Shown: positions 20,401 through 29,225, counted from the stretch's first letter. The stretch is DNA of 64,000 nucleotides from an uncultured Candidatus Saccharibacteria bacterium (GCA_964473175.1 CAYYNN010000002.1:4563-68562); one strand, 5' to 3'. The notes: generated by a model not told the origin, from the sequence alone. Numbers and translations: made by a program.

Positions 20401-20938
20401 AATACCTGTACTTGCGCCAGCAGTAGGGACTTTATTAGGGGGAGTATTTGCAAAAGAATTAGCAGACGATCTTATAGACAATGCTACAGGATCTAGATCT
20501 CGTGCAATAAAAGCAATCATAAAAAAGGCAACGGCTGCTCCAGGAACTGGAAACACACTAGTCGATCTCGAAGCTCGACTTCAAAAACACAAAGACTCTG
20601 CAGTGGACGCAATCAACGAATCACTTAAGACTGCTTACGACTCATACGACAAAATTTTACCAGCAGAGTCTAAAAGGGGGATATTAAAAAGGATTGCGAT
20701 GCTTGATGAAGATATAGAAAATTTTACAGAAGAGATTAAGACTTTAACAGGTGATAAAAAGATTGAGGCCAGATACAATAAAGCCAAGGCTGAGGATGAG
20801 CGTACAAATCTTCGAAATATTGAAGAAAAACTTGCCCGTGCACAAAAAGATCTTGATGAGAAAAAAGACCGTGAGAATGACAAAGAAGAGAGGAAGAAAG
20901 AATCAAATAAGCCTAAAACTAAAGAGCCTAGTAAATAA
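17480..20938 (+). CDS. Polytopic membrane protein, VirB6/TrbL-like, with long C-terminal K/E-rich coiled-coil tail
   Basis: Signal/TM, extracytoplasmic domain, then at least 6 TM helices in the pattern of TrbL/VirB6 proteins, then about 450 aa charged coiled coil. 1152 aa. Confidence 0.45.
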   Translation: MDSLSVRRFIFRIKKNLSRISKTALFAFVFLILLGGNISQVFADDAFNEYKYLFNTANSSIPITVGVNTNTFAKKSWMVDGQNISGIWMKYSYTFGSETGDKNAEYTWDHIDALNGSEIFIVRSCDTGTTDNCIYSKIPYTQYGYGTDTNIIFRARASAYFANQTVDIKASQWVTSSDSSIVPDFLTKPAQSVSIWYCASKPNHAVIAGGDDRPEPKDAADSANDPAIQKFGSLCDGRTYFKINQVDGLKPVSAQIESQTQATTTNEASGGAGGAKAEGEGNDLPSCSFTGGIFSAGSFMGCIARVVYYVVYWPIAWFASLMGNLFDFFLSYSLSDSSYRAEFAIRGWQIVRDISNIFFIVILVWTGLSTVFNTGTNMKKVVPNLILNALLINFSLFGTRVIIDISNIVARVFYNTMQVCEGKCVDANNDGVQDNPAIGAGKSKALSQKIVSAFNPQKIFDTSVIDSQRAVKNVTQSKIADSDSEVAGYYIVVTIIAAAILFGIAMMFWRVAFFFLGRVIGLYVAMIFAPFAFLGRGGLPLVSGIKELSWDSWLSDLTKYALLAPIFVFFLYIIYSFLETNFITVYTGVVGNTFFETVIYIAVPMLIVYFMVKQGVTIAENYAGKIGKQVQEGAMKVIGSGVGLAAGTAAFAGRNIIGRGLGAIGKQKVSYTDKDGKEIETTRAAQWAANSNNSFFARRWNNTYSASQTGSWDARNVNVAGKSAEDRLFKGLGLSDNISGKLGIGKEKALGKDGKAGGNVMINKKRDEEKQKEIESRIQTAHLSDEDAKAAGERYKNEKIKAFADQHWTEHVDVDDIALNSKAYRDLKTKEEQIQKDLVAAKAANLPGATAIHEQSLADNKTAQAQTLQKEKDTAKDTKEKDQAAFQQLKLQAVDQITKDNKRNESEAFKDTVKEERDRLDKYGKIKDNKSFTNMMRAEYVEDLQNGSFWGEFTKSGFGSAVSKTAIGSILGTLIPVLAPAVGTLLGGVFAKELADDLIDNATGSRSRAIKAIIKKATAAPGTGNTLVDLEARLQKHKDSAVDAINESLKTAYDSYDKILPAESKRGILKRIAMLDEDIENFTEEIKTLTGDKKIEARYNKAKAEDERTNLRNIEEKLARAQKDLDEKKDRENDKEERKKESNKPKTKEPSK

Positions 20939-20940
20939 TT

Positions 20941-21471
20941 ATGACAGATCAAAACAACACAAAACAAGAAGAGGATTTTGATAAAGCACTTATTGAAGTG
21001 CCTGAAGAAGTCAGGGAATTTATGTGGAGTGATGCATATACTTACATACTCGATGTAGCACAGAAAGCACTTTCATTAACTGATTCGGAAAAAGCAGCGA
21101 TGAGGGTCACTTCTTACAATCTACTATTGCGTATTACTGATATGGAAACGGAGAGTAAAAATATGCTTTCCTCAGAAATAGATCCGGAGAAAATAACAAA
21201 GATACTTTATACAATTCATACTCAAATATTAACTGCTGCAAAAAATATTATGAAATATGATCAATATATTGACGATGAGATTGCATCAAATGAGGGAGCA
21301 ACCGCCCCAACTCCATCCGACATGCTTGCACGTCTCAACCAAACCTTCATAAAGCCGACAACGCTAAGCTCTACCAAGCGCGATCTCAGTAATGAGGGTA
21401 TTAAAAGTATCGATACCGTCCCAAAAAGCTCATCATCTATAGACCCCTATAGAGAACTTCCTGATAAATAA
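20941..21471 (+). CDS. Hypothetical acidic cytoplasmic protein (T4SS-like island)
   Basis: 176-aa ORF tightly packed in island (3-nt gap from upstream gene). Confidence 0.45.
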   Translation: MTDQNNTKQEEDFDKALIEVPEEVREFMWSDAYTYILDVAQKALSLTDSEKAAMRVTSYNLLLRITDMETESKNMLSSEIDPEKITKILYTIHTQILTAAKNIMKYDQYIDDEIASNEGATAPTPSDMLARLNQTFIKPTTLSSTKRDLSNEGIKSIDTVPKSSSSIDPYRELPDK

Positions 21472-21506
21472 AAGGGTAATGAAAAAATAACTGCTATACT
21501 TTACTC

Positions 21507-21911
21507 ATGCAGTTCAAGGTTCCACAATTCATCGACATTGAAGACAAAGTATTTGGACCATTTACGTTCCGGCAGTTCGTATACCTCGCTGGTGGGGCAG
21601 GGTTGGTATACCTCTCACTAAAACTACTTCCACTTCTCATTGCATTGATATTCGTTCCGATATTTGGAGGACTCGCACTTGCGCTCACTTTTTTCAAATA
21701 CAACGACAAGCCTTTTATCAATGTCCTAGAATCCTTCATACGGTTTTATTCACGATCTCGTCTCTACCTCTGGCACAAAAAAGAAACCAAAGCGTCGAGC
21801 AAGATAGTACCCGAAGCAAGAGTCAGTGCAGAGCGTGCTACACTGACGGAGAGTAAGCTCAAGACACTTTCATGGAGTCTTGATGTGATTGACCCCAATA
21901 ATAGTAAATAG
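21507..21911 (+). CDS. PrgI/VirB3-like small membrane protein
   Basis: FGPFTFRQFVYLAGGAGLVYL two-TM hairpin typical of PrgI-family proteins that precede VirB4 in Gram-positive-type T4SS. Confidence 0.5.
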   Translation: MQFKVPQFIDIEDKVFGPFTFRQFVYLAGGAGLVYLSLKLLPLLIALIFVPIFGGLALALTFFKYNDKPFINVLESFIRFYSRSRLYLWHKKETKASSKIVPEARVSAERATLTESKLKTLSWSLDVIDPNNSK

Positions 21912-21928
21912 AACAAACAGTCTCAACC

Positions 21929-22564
21929 ATGGCTACCATCGGCACACCCGCTCAACAATTCGTTCCAGTCAAAGAAGTACGCGACGGCATCATCGTTATG
22001 AAAGACGGTTCCCTCGCTATGGCAATACTTGTTTCATCGGTTAACTTGTCGCTCAAAAGCTTTGATGAACAGCGTGCAACGTTGATGCAGTTTCAAAACT
22101 TCCTCAATACACTGGATTTCCCGATACAAATAGTTATTCAGTCTCGTCGATATGACATTCGACCCTACATTTTGACCCTGCAAAACCGCCTCAAGGAGCA
22201 AACAGAGTCGCTCTTGCAGGTGCAAACACGCGAATACATTCAGTTCATCCAAAGTTTTACTGACCAAGTCAACATCATGCGCAAAAACTTCTTTGTGGTT
22301 ATTCCATACATTCCGCCGATCCTCAACCAACAAAGCGGTATCGGCAAGATCTTTTCATTTTTAAACAAAACAAATACTGCGACACAGTCCGTGATCGAGT
22401 TTGAGCAACAGCGTACACAACTTGAAGAAAGAGTTAACGTGGTTGAGCAAGGGCTTTCTCGTGTCGGTCTTCGTGTTGCACAACTTGGAACTGAAGAGGT
22501 GATTGAGTTGCTCTACAAAACATTTAACCCAGGAGAAAGTACGTCACAAGCAAAAGCACAATAA
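21929..22564 (+). CDS. VirB4/TrbE N-terminal domain fragment (split gene, part 1)
   Basis: KEVRDGIIVMKDGSLAMAILVSSVNLSL...FPIQIVIQSRR resembles the start of CagE_TrbE_VirB N-domain. Same frame as the next ORF, separated by TAA...TAG. Confidence 0.5.
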   Translation: MATIGTPAQQFVPVKEVRDGIIVMKDGSLAMAILVSSVNLSLKSFDEQRATLMQFQNFLNTLDFPIQIVIQSRRYDIRPYILTLQNRLKEQTESLLQVQTREYIQFIQSFTDQVNIMRKNFFVVIPYIPPILNQQSGIGKIFSFLNKTNTATQSVIEFEQQRTQLEERVNVVEQGLSRVGLRVAQLGTEEVIELLYKTFNPGESTSQAKAQ

Positions 22565-22606
22565 TACTCACACCAAATGATAATAGTATTGTATACTGCG
22601 TAGGCA

Positions 22607-24421
22607 ATGGCACTCTTTGGTTCAAACAAAAAAAAGGAAGACAAGCTGTTACCGATCGCACCGTCACAAGTGTATGAATGGGCAACAATGGAGCTCGCTG
22701 ATAAAATAGCGCCTTCAGCTATCGAAATCACTCCGAAGTCGATGCGTATCGGCGACAAGATCATCCGAACTTTTTTCGTTATTTCATATCCGAGATTTCT
22801 CACTGACAACTGGCTGACTCCTATCATCAACCTGGACAAGATTTTTGATGTTGCTATTTACGTCAACCCTATTGAAACAGCAGAACTGTTGAAGCACTTC
22901 CAAAAAAAGATCGCTGAAGTTGAGAGTCAAATCATCGTCAGACAACAAAAAGGTGTTGTTCGTGATCCGATGCTCGATACTGCATACCAAGACCTTGAAG
23001 AACTTCGTGACAACCTCACCCAAGCGCAGGACAAAATGTTCAATATTGGCTTCTATATCTCTATCTATGCCGATAACGAGAACGATCTCTTTCGAACTGA
23101 AAGTGAGATCAAAAGTATGCTTGAGAGCAAGATGATCTATATCAAACCTGCTCTTTTCCAAGAAGAGGATGGGTTCAAAACAGTAACACCTCTAGGTACT
23201 GACAAACTCGGTATTACCCAAAAGCTAAACTCTGAACCGATATCATCGATGTTTCCGTTCGTGTCTTTTGATCTGACAGGGGATACTGGGATTTTGTATG
23301 GGGTTAACCGCCACAACTCTTCTCTGGTTATCTTTGACCGGTTTTCTCTCGAGAACTACAACTCCATCATTTTTGCCAAGTCTGGTGCCGGCAAATCATA
23401 TGCGACAAAGCTCGAGATTATCCGTACACTCATGTTTGATACAGATGTGATTGTTATTGACCCAGAACGAGAGTATGAATATTTGGCGGAAGCAATCGGA
23501 GGCAGGTATTTCAATATTTCACTTTCGTCTGACAACCACATCAACCCCTTTGATTTGCCTATACCTCGAGTTGATGAGTCACCTGCAGATGTACTTCGCT
23601 CCAACATCATTAACCTCGTTGGACTATTTCGTATTATGCTTGGAGGACTTTCTCCAGAAGAAGACTCTATTGTTGACCGCGCGATCACTGAAACATATTC
23701 ACTCAAAGATATTACGCCTGAAAGCGACTTCACTTCTATCGAACCCCCACTTCTTTCTGACTTTGAAATGGTCCTTTCGGGAATGGAGGGGACAGAATCG
23801 GTATTGCAGCGTCTCACCAAATACACTCATGGCTCATGGGCAACATTCATCAACCAACCAACGAACGTAGATATCAACAAGAAATTCGTTGTGTTCTCAG
23901 TGCGAGATATGGAGGATGATCTCAAACCAGCTGCAATGTACATTGTGACGCACTTTATATGGAATGCGGTTCGCAAAGAGCTCAAGAAACGGTTGCTCGT
24001 CGTCGATGAGGCGTGGTGGATGATGAAATCAGATGATACTGCATCATTCTTGTACTCTATTGCAAAGCGAGGGCGTAAATACTATCTCGGGCTGTGTACC
24101 ATCACGCAAGACGTGGGGGACTTCATGAAGAGTCCGTATGGTGTCCCTATCGTGACCAACTCATCTATTCAACTCTTGCTCAAGCAGTCTCCGTCTACTA
24201 TGGACGTCCTCCAGAAGACGTTCAACCTTACTGACGAAGAAAAATTTCTCCTTTTAGAAAGTGGTGTAGGGGAGGGTATATTCTTTGCGGGACTCAAACA
24301 CGTCGCAATCAAGATTATTGCAAGTTATACCGAAGATCAGATCATTACTTCTGACCCGTCACAGGTTATTTCTATTCGTAGTGCAAAAAAAGAATTTAGT
24401 GAACAAAATAAACGTTCATAG
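22607..24421 (+). CDS. VirB4/TrbE/CagE-family T4SS ATPase (split gene, part 2)
   Basis: N-domain continuation (ITPKSMRIGDKIIRTFFVISYPRFLTDNWLTPII), Walker A IIFAKSGAGKSY, Walker B LLVVDEAWWMM. 604 aa. Confidence 0.8.
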   Translation: MALFGSNKKKEDKLLPIAPSQVYEWATMELADKIAPSAIEITPKSMRIGDKIIRTFFVISYPRFLTDNWLTPIINLDKIFDVAIYVNPIETAELLKHFQKKIAEVESQIIVRQQKGVVRDPMLDTAYQDLEELRDNLTQAQDKMFNIGFYISIYADNENDLFRTESEIKSMLESKMIYIKPALFQEEDGFKTVTPLGTDKLGITQKLNSEPISSMFPFVSFDLTGDTGILYGVNRHNSSLVIFDRFSLENYNSIIFAKSGAGKSYATKLEIIRTLMFDTDVIVIDPEREYEYLAEAIGGRYFNISLSSDNHINPFDLPIPRVDESPADVLRSNIINLVGLFRIMLGGLSPEEDSIVDRAITETYSLKDITPESDFTSIEPPLLSDFEMVLSGMEGTESVLQRLTKYTHGSWATFINQPTNVDINKKFVVFSVRDMEDDLKPAAMYIVTHFIWNAVRKELKKRLLVVDEAWWMMKSDDTASFLYSIAKRGRKYYLGLCTITQDVGDFMKSPYGVPIVTNSSIQLLLKQSPSTMDVLQKTFNLTDEEKFLLLESGVGEGIFFAGLKHVAIKIIASYTEDQIITSDPSQVISIRSAKKEFSEQNKRS

Positions 24422-24437
24422 TGCTATACTAGTACCT

Positions 24438-25385
24438 ATGAAACGTGTATTCACGCTCTTGTTTCTTATAGTCATATTCTCGAGTGCACCATATACTGGC
24501 GCGCAAAGTATTACCGATGATATTTCGGTTGATATTATTCCACTTAACCCGGCCCCCGGTGCAATAGTGACACTCCGAGCAAACAGTTACAGTATGGACT
24601 TGAGTCAAGCAAGCCTCTCATGGACCTACAACAACGTTAGCATTGGTAAAGGAACAGGTAAAACAACGGTTAGTATTGTTGCTCCCGCAAGTGGCGCCAC
24701 TGGAGTTATTTCTGTTAGTGCGTCTGGCTCAGGAAGCACAGCGTCTACGAGTATTGTTTTGAGACCAGGAAGTGTTGATGTCCTCTGGGAAGCGGTAGAT
24801 GCATATACTCCTCCGTTTTATAAAGGCAAAGCACTCCTACCGGTCAACGGGTTGATCCGCTATGTCGCAATGCCGGCAACATCTGCACCCAAAACACTGA
24901 CATATACATGGTCACGCAACAGTTCTGTATTACCTGATGAATCTGGTTATAACAAATCAAGTCTTCTCATCAAGCATAGTGAGTTCAACCCTGTAGAAAG
25001 TGTCACTGTTGCGATTTCTGGTGGATCATATGCTGGTAACAGCACTATCAATGTCCGACCCATAACATCTCCAAGTATTGTGGCGTATCAAAACAGGGAA
25101 GGGTTTGTCGACTACACTACAGGGTACAGTAGTGTGATTCCATTTACCCAGAGTGGTATGGTGCTTCACTTTGAACCATACTATTTCTCTATTGCGCGCA
25201 CGCTGCTCAGTGATCTTTCTTATGATCTCACTATTGATGGACAGTCAGTCAGTCCATCAAAACCAAATGAAGTTGGTCTTTCTCGACCGTCTAGGCCCGG
25301 ACAAAGTACCATCAACCTCGCGATAACAACCACTGCGTACAGCTTGCAACATGCAGAAAAAGCCCTTACCCTCAATTTCAATTAA
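24438..25385 (+). CDS. Hypothetical secreted protein (T4SS-like island)
   Basis: Signal peptide MKRVFTLLFLIVIFSSAPYTGAQS. Start trimmed from the longer ORF. Confidence 0.5.
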   Translation: MKRVFTLLFLIVIFSSAPYTGAQSITDDISVDIIPLNPAPGAIVTLRANSYSMDLSQASLSWTYNNVSIGKGTGKTTVSIVAPASGATGVISVSASGSGSTASTSIVLRPGSVDVLWEAVDAYTPPFYKGKALLPVNGLIRYVAMPATSAPKTLTYTWSRNSSVLPDESGYNKSSLLIKHSEFNPVESVTVAISGGSYAGNSTINVRPITSPSIVAYQNREGFVDYTTGYSSVIPFTQSGMVLHFEPYYFSIARTLLSDLSYDLTIDGQSVSPSKPNEVGLSRPSRPGQSTINLAITTTAYSLQHAEKALTLNFN

Positions 25386-25386
25386 T

Positions 25387-27228
25387 ATGACTACCGTTTT
25401 AAAATCATTTTTTTTCATACTTTTCTTTACACTTTTGGTCATACCAGTATCCAAAACATTTGCCGCACCACCATACCCATTTACCGCAACCATAAATGGT
25501 AACAGTATCGTTGCAAAAATGACCAATGCTCCTGCTGATGCGACACAATATCGCCTCTACAACGGAAACACTCCTGTCGCATCCAACGACCTTGTTGGTC
25601 CGGATACGAGTATCCAAACACAAACAAATGGTATCGTTACTTGGACTATTAGTGGTCTTGGGTTTGTAAACGGTGTTTACACCTTGCATGTTGAAAAAGT
25701 CCCGGCAGTTGGACAAATTACCGTATTTGGCGGCACCAACATTGTAACCGCCGATGTATCAGTCACCGTCAACACAAGTACTACAGACTTTTTCCTCTGG
25801 CCCATGAACGCGGTCAGTGCAACAGGACAAGGTATTGTCTTGGCAGGTAAAATAGATACATCACAATACCCTGCGACGAATGGTCTACAGGTTAAAATAC
25901 AGTATTCAACATCCGCTAACCCTTCAGGAGGTACAGAGTTGGTTGCCCACAGCACACTTGGGTCAGGTAGTACCGAAGGGGTGGCATCAGATGGGTCATA
26001 CTATTTTGAACTGAACTCACTGACACCAAAAACAAAGTATTACTATCGTCAAACTATCACTGCTACAGCAACCAACACGGTGCTGAGCACCAAAGACCTC
26101 TATTTCAATAGTACCGATGGGTATGTTCCCTCAGGGACTCTCCAGCAAGAAGAAGTGGAGGCAGATCGTACATATCATCTCCTTGCTCCATGGCCAGGAC
26201 TTTCCAAACTCTATGACCCAGCACTCTGTCAGGAGAAAAAAGATGCGGGAGAAATTCCAGTGAATTCTGTGTGTGACGTGAACGGCTTCATCAACTTTGC
26301 ATTCAAAACATTGATCGGACTCACTGCGGTTGTGCTTGTCCTCCGATTGATGTTTGAAGGCTACCAATACATGGTCACTGATGTCCCATTTCTCAAAGCA
26401 TCCGCAAAGGGGAGCTTCTTTTCTGCATTGATGGGCTTGTTGCTTGCACTCGGGTCATATGTGATTCTCAATACCGTGAACCCAAAGTTGGTGGATAACA
26501 AGTTTAATATTGCGGGAGTGAATGTGGGGGTTGAATTTACAGAATTTGATGCAGCAACATTCCAATCTGTTTCAGGTAGGCCTATAAAAGCAAAAGCTGA
26601 GTTACTTGCTATAGTAAAATCGACTGCTCAATCAAAAAATATTGATTCTTGCATCGTTCAAGCAATCATTCAACATGAAAGTCAGTGGAAAGAAAATGCT
26701 GTTGGGTGTGACGAAAATGTGAAAAGTAACGGAGTTCCATCCCGAACTGCATTTGTACAATCTGGAGTTACACTATCGGGAACTACTTTTACTCCAACCT
26801 CTGCCACTTCTTCAGTCACAAATGATAGCCTGGTTCCTGGTAAAAAATGTTATTTTGATGAAACTAAGCCAGGATTTAATTTAGACTGGAGATTTTCAAA
26901 AGGATTTGGTTTAGGGCAAACTACAATTTTCCCTTCAAACTACAATGAATCAAGTTGGTTTACTGATGTTAAACAAGGGGGTGTACTTTGGAACAATCGC
27001 TCTACTGTCCCTACTGCAAAAATTAAAGATCTCTTGCAAAATCCTGCTACTCAAGTTAATGCAATAATTACTATATATAAAAACAACGCAAGTACCTGCT
27101 TGACTGATATACAAAAATCTTTTGCTGCATATAACGGGGGAAGTTGCGGTACTACAAATGCTAATGCGTTAGCATATGGACGAAGTGTAAAGGCGACATA
27201 TGATCTCTGTAAGCAAAACGGTGGTTAA
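25387..27228 (+). CDS. Secreted/membrane protein with C-terminal lytic transglycosylase (SLT, VirB1-like) domain
   Basis: Signal peptide, beta-rich N domain, two-TM hairpin (LIGLTAVVLVLRLMFEGY...LLLALGSYVILN), C-terminal AIIQHESQWKENAVG ... GFGLGQ ... AAYNGG resembling the SLT ES/GLMQ/AYNAG motifs. Confidence 0.55.
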   Translation: MTTVLKSFFFILFFTLLVIPVSKTFAAPPYPFTATINGNSIVAKMTNAPADATQYRLYNGNTPVASNDLVGPDTSIQTQTNGIVTWTISGLGFVNGVYTLHVEKVPAVGQITVFGGTNIVTADVSVTVNTSTTDFFLWPMNAVSATGQGIVLAGKIDTSQYPATNGLQVKIQYSTSANPSGGTELVAHSTLGSGSTEGVASDGSYYFELNSLTPKTKYYYRQTITATATNTVLSTKDLYFNSTDGYVPSGTLQQEEVEADRTYHLLAPWPGLSKLYDPALCQEKKDAGEIPVNSVCDVNGFINFAFKTLIGLTAVVLVLRLMFEGYQYMVTDVPFLKASAKGSFFSALMGLLLALGSYVILNTVNPKLVDNKFNIAGVNVGVEFTEFDAATFQSVSGRPIKAKAELLAIVKSTAQSKNIDSCIVQAIIQHESQWKENAVGCDENVKSNGVPSRTAFVQSGVTLSGTTFTPTSATSSVTNDSLVPGKKCYFDETKPGFNLDWRFSKGFGLGQTTIFPSNYNESSWFTDVKQGGVLWNNRSTVPTAKIKDLLQNPATQVNAIITIYKNNASTCLTDIQKSFAAYNGGSCGTTNANALAYGRSVKATYDLCKQNGG

Positions 27229-27247
27229 ACTGTAGTACAATACACAT

Positions 27248-28513
27248 ATGCGAAAGTTGCTCATCATTATTTTATCTCTCATCGTGCTTTCAGGAGTTGG
27301 GTGGTACATATACGCCAAGATGCACCAGACTGCTCCAGGTGTACCATCTATCACTGATTTCACTTCCTTCTTTCCTACGGGTGATCAGACGAACCCTGGA
27401 GGTGTACCAGGTATCCTGCCAGGACTTCCTTCGACATCCACTACTGCAGAGATAGCGACGTCGAACTCTCCATTCAAACAGATCAGTCCAAACCCCGTAG
27501 CAGGTTTTACTATTTTTGACCGAAGCATCACTGTCGTAACGCCAGCTGATCCTACAGTACCCAAATCAAAACCAACACCACAAACCGTTCTCAAACATTT
27601 GTTGCGCTATGTCTCACGTACAAACGGCTATGTGTATGAAATAGAAGACGGCTCTATTCCACTACAAATCTCAAACGTCTATATTCCAAATATCTATGAA
27701 GCAGTGTTTGGCGACAAATATGAAACAGCAGTCCTTCGCTTCCTCAGAACAGACCAGCGCACGATTGCAACCTATGCGGTTCCTATTCCATCACCCAACC
27801 CTGACGGTACACGCACACAAAAGCCAGGGACATACTTGCCCGACAACCTTATCGCAGCGGTGTCCGCACCGGATGACAGCCAGGTGGCACGCATCATGAT
27901 CGACAAGAATGGATCACTTCTTTCAACATCAGCGACCGTCACTGGCAAAAAATCCGATATCCTATCAAACACTTTTAGAGAGTGGATATTGTCGTGGCCA
28001 AATGCCAAAAGTCTCTATCTCCAAACAAAAGCAAGTGCACAAGTGCCAGGGTATTTGTATCGAGTCGACACCAGTGACAAGAAACTACAAAAAGTACTTG
28101 GGGGTATTACTGGTCTAACAGCATCAGTGAGTCCATCAGGAACATATGTCTTGTATTCTCAAAGTACTGATACAGGATTTGTGACAAAACTATTTAATAC
28201 AAAAACCAACACCACAAAAGGTATCAGCTTGAACATTCTTCCCGAGAAATGTGCTTGGCTTAAAAATGAAGACCTCGTATGTGCAGGTAATACCGCCATA
28301 CCTAACGCAATATACCCCGATGCGTGGTACCAGGGAACAGTGGCATTTTCAGATCAGTTGTATCGTATTTATACAGGCTCTCTTATTTTTGATACTTTGT
28401 ATGACAATACCAGTCGGTCATACGATATGACATCGCTCATGGTTAATGAATCCACCAACACGGTGTATTTCATAGACAAACCAACGGGTTTACTCTGGCA
28501 GTTTTCTTATTAA
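27248..28513 (+). CDS. Hypothetical membrane-anchored secreted protein
   Basis: N-terminal TM/signal MRKLLIIILSLIVLSGVGWYIYA. 421 aa. Confidence 0.5.
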   Translation: MRKLLIIILSLIVLSGVGWYIYAKMHQTAPGVPSITDFTSFFPTGDQTNPGGVPGILPGLPSTSTTAEIATSNSPFKQISPNPVAGFTIFDRSITVVTPADPTVPKSKPTPQTVLKHLLRYVSRTNGYVYEIEDGSIPLQISNVYIPNIYEAVFGDKYETAVLRFLRTDQRTIATYAVPIPSPNPDGTRTQKPGTYLPDNLIAAVSAPDDSQVARIMIDKNGSLLSTSATVTGKKSDILSNTFREWILSWPNAKSLYLQTKASAQVPGYLYRVDTSDKKLQKVLGGITGLTASVSPSGTYVLYSQSTDTGFVTKLFNTKTNTTKGISLNILPEKCAWLKNEDLVCAGNTAIPNAIYPDAWYQGTVAFSDQLYRIYTGSLIFDTLYDNTSRSYDMTSLMVNESTNTVYFIDKPTGLLWQFSY

Positions 28514-28520
28514 GTAGACC

Positions 28521-29225
28521 TTATAGTTTTCCGAGGGTTATTCTCTTTCGGAAATAGATCTCTTGAAGTATTGAGAATGTATTGGCAACTATCCAATAGA
28601 GCGCTACTGCTGCTGCGAGCTTTGTGGCAACAAAGATAATGATAAGAGGGAGAATGTATCGAGTCTGTACGGACATACTCTTGGCAAACTGATTTTGAAA
28701 TCCAGCATCGTTGCTCGCCGCAGGTTTTGGCTGGAGGAATGCCTGAATACCTTGGGTAACACCAGCAAGTATCGCAAACGGAAGAAATGGTTGTGATATA
28801 TCGATCAAACCTAAAAGAGTGTTCTTGAGACCTTCAGTACTCAAAAATGAATAGAGGTGTGTTGGTTGATCAACTCCAGCCTGGAATACAAAGTACAGTG
28901 CAAAAAGAATGGGGAGTTGAATGAGAAGGTAGAGACATCCTGAAAAAGGATTAATTTTCTCAGTTTTGTAGAGTGCAAAAGTTTCTTTTGCTTCTTCCTC
29001 TTTTGACAAACCTTTCGCCTTGATTGCAGCAATCTTGGGCTCAAGTGCACGCATTTTGTATTGTCCAACAATACTCTTCTTGGACAACGGCATCACAATA
29101 AAACGGATAATGACAGTGAGAATAATCACTGCAACACCAACATCACGAAAGGTGAGGTATTGAGCAATAAATATAAGCGCGTTATAAATAGGGTTGTAGA
29201 TGACAGTGTTCCAAAGGGTATGCAT
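28521..29225 (-). CDS. yidC: Membrane protein insertase YidC (short form)
   Basis: IRFIVMPLSKKS...INPFSGCLYLLIQLPILFALYFVF conserved YidC/Oxa1 core. 234 aa. Sits in the conserved rpmH-rnpA-yidD-yidC cluster. Confidence 0.85.
   Translation of the reverse strand: MHTLWNTVIYNPIYNALIFIAQYLTFRDVGVAVIILTVIIRFIVMPLSKKSIVGQYKMRALEPKIAAIKAKGLSKEEEAKETFALYKTEKINPFSGCLYLLIQLPILFALYFVFQAGVDQPTHLYSFLSTEGLKNTLLGLIDISQPFLPFAILAGVTQGIQAFLQPKPAASNDAGFQNQFAKSMSVQTRYILPLIIIFVATKLAAAVALYWIVANTFSILQEIYFRKRITLGKL

Noticed and set aside
22562-22606. Stop-codon recoding / alternative genetic code explaining the VirB4 interruption
   Set aside because: TGA (dnaA), TAA (comM, tyrS, polA) and TAG (pcrA) each terminate genes at conserved C-termini, so standard code 11 applies. 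Two different stops within 42 nt argue for a real split or a pseudogene.
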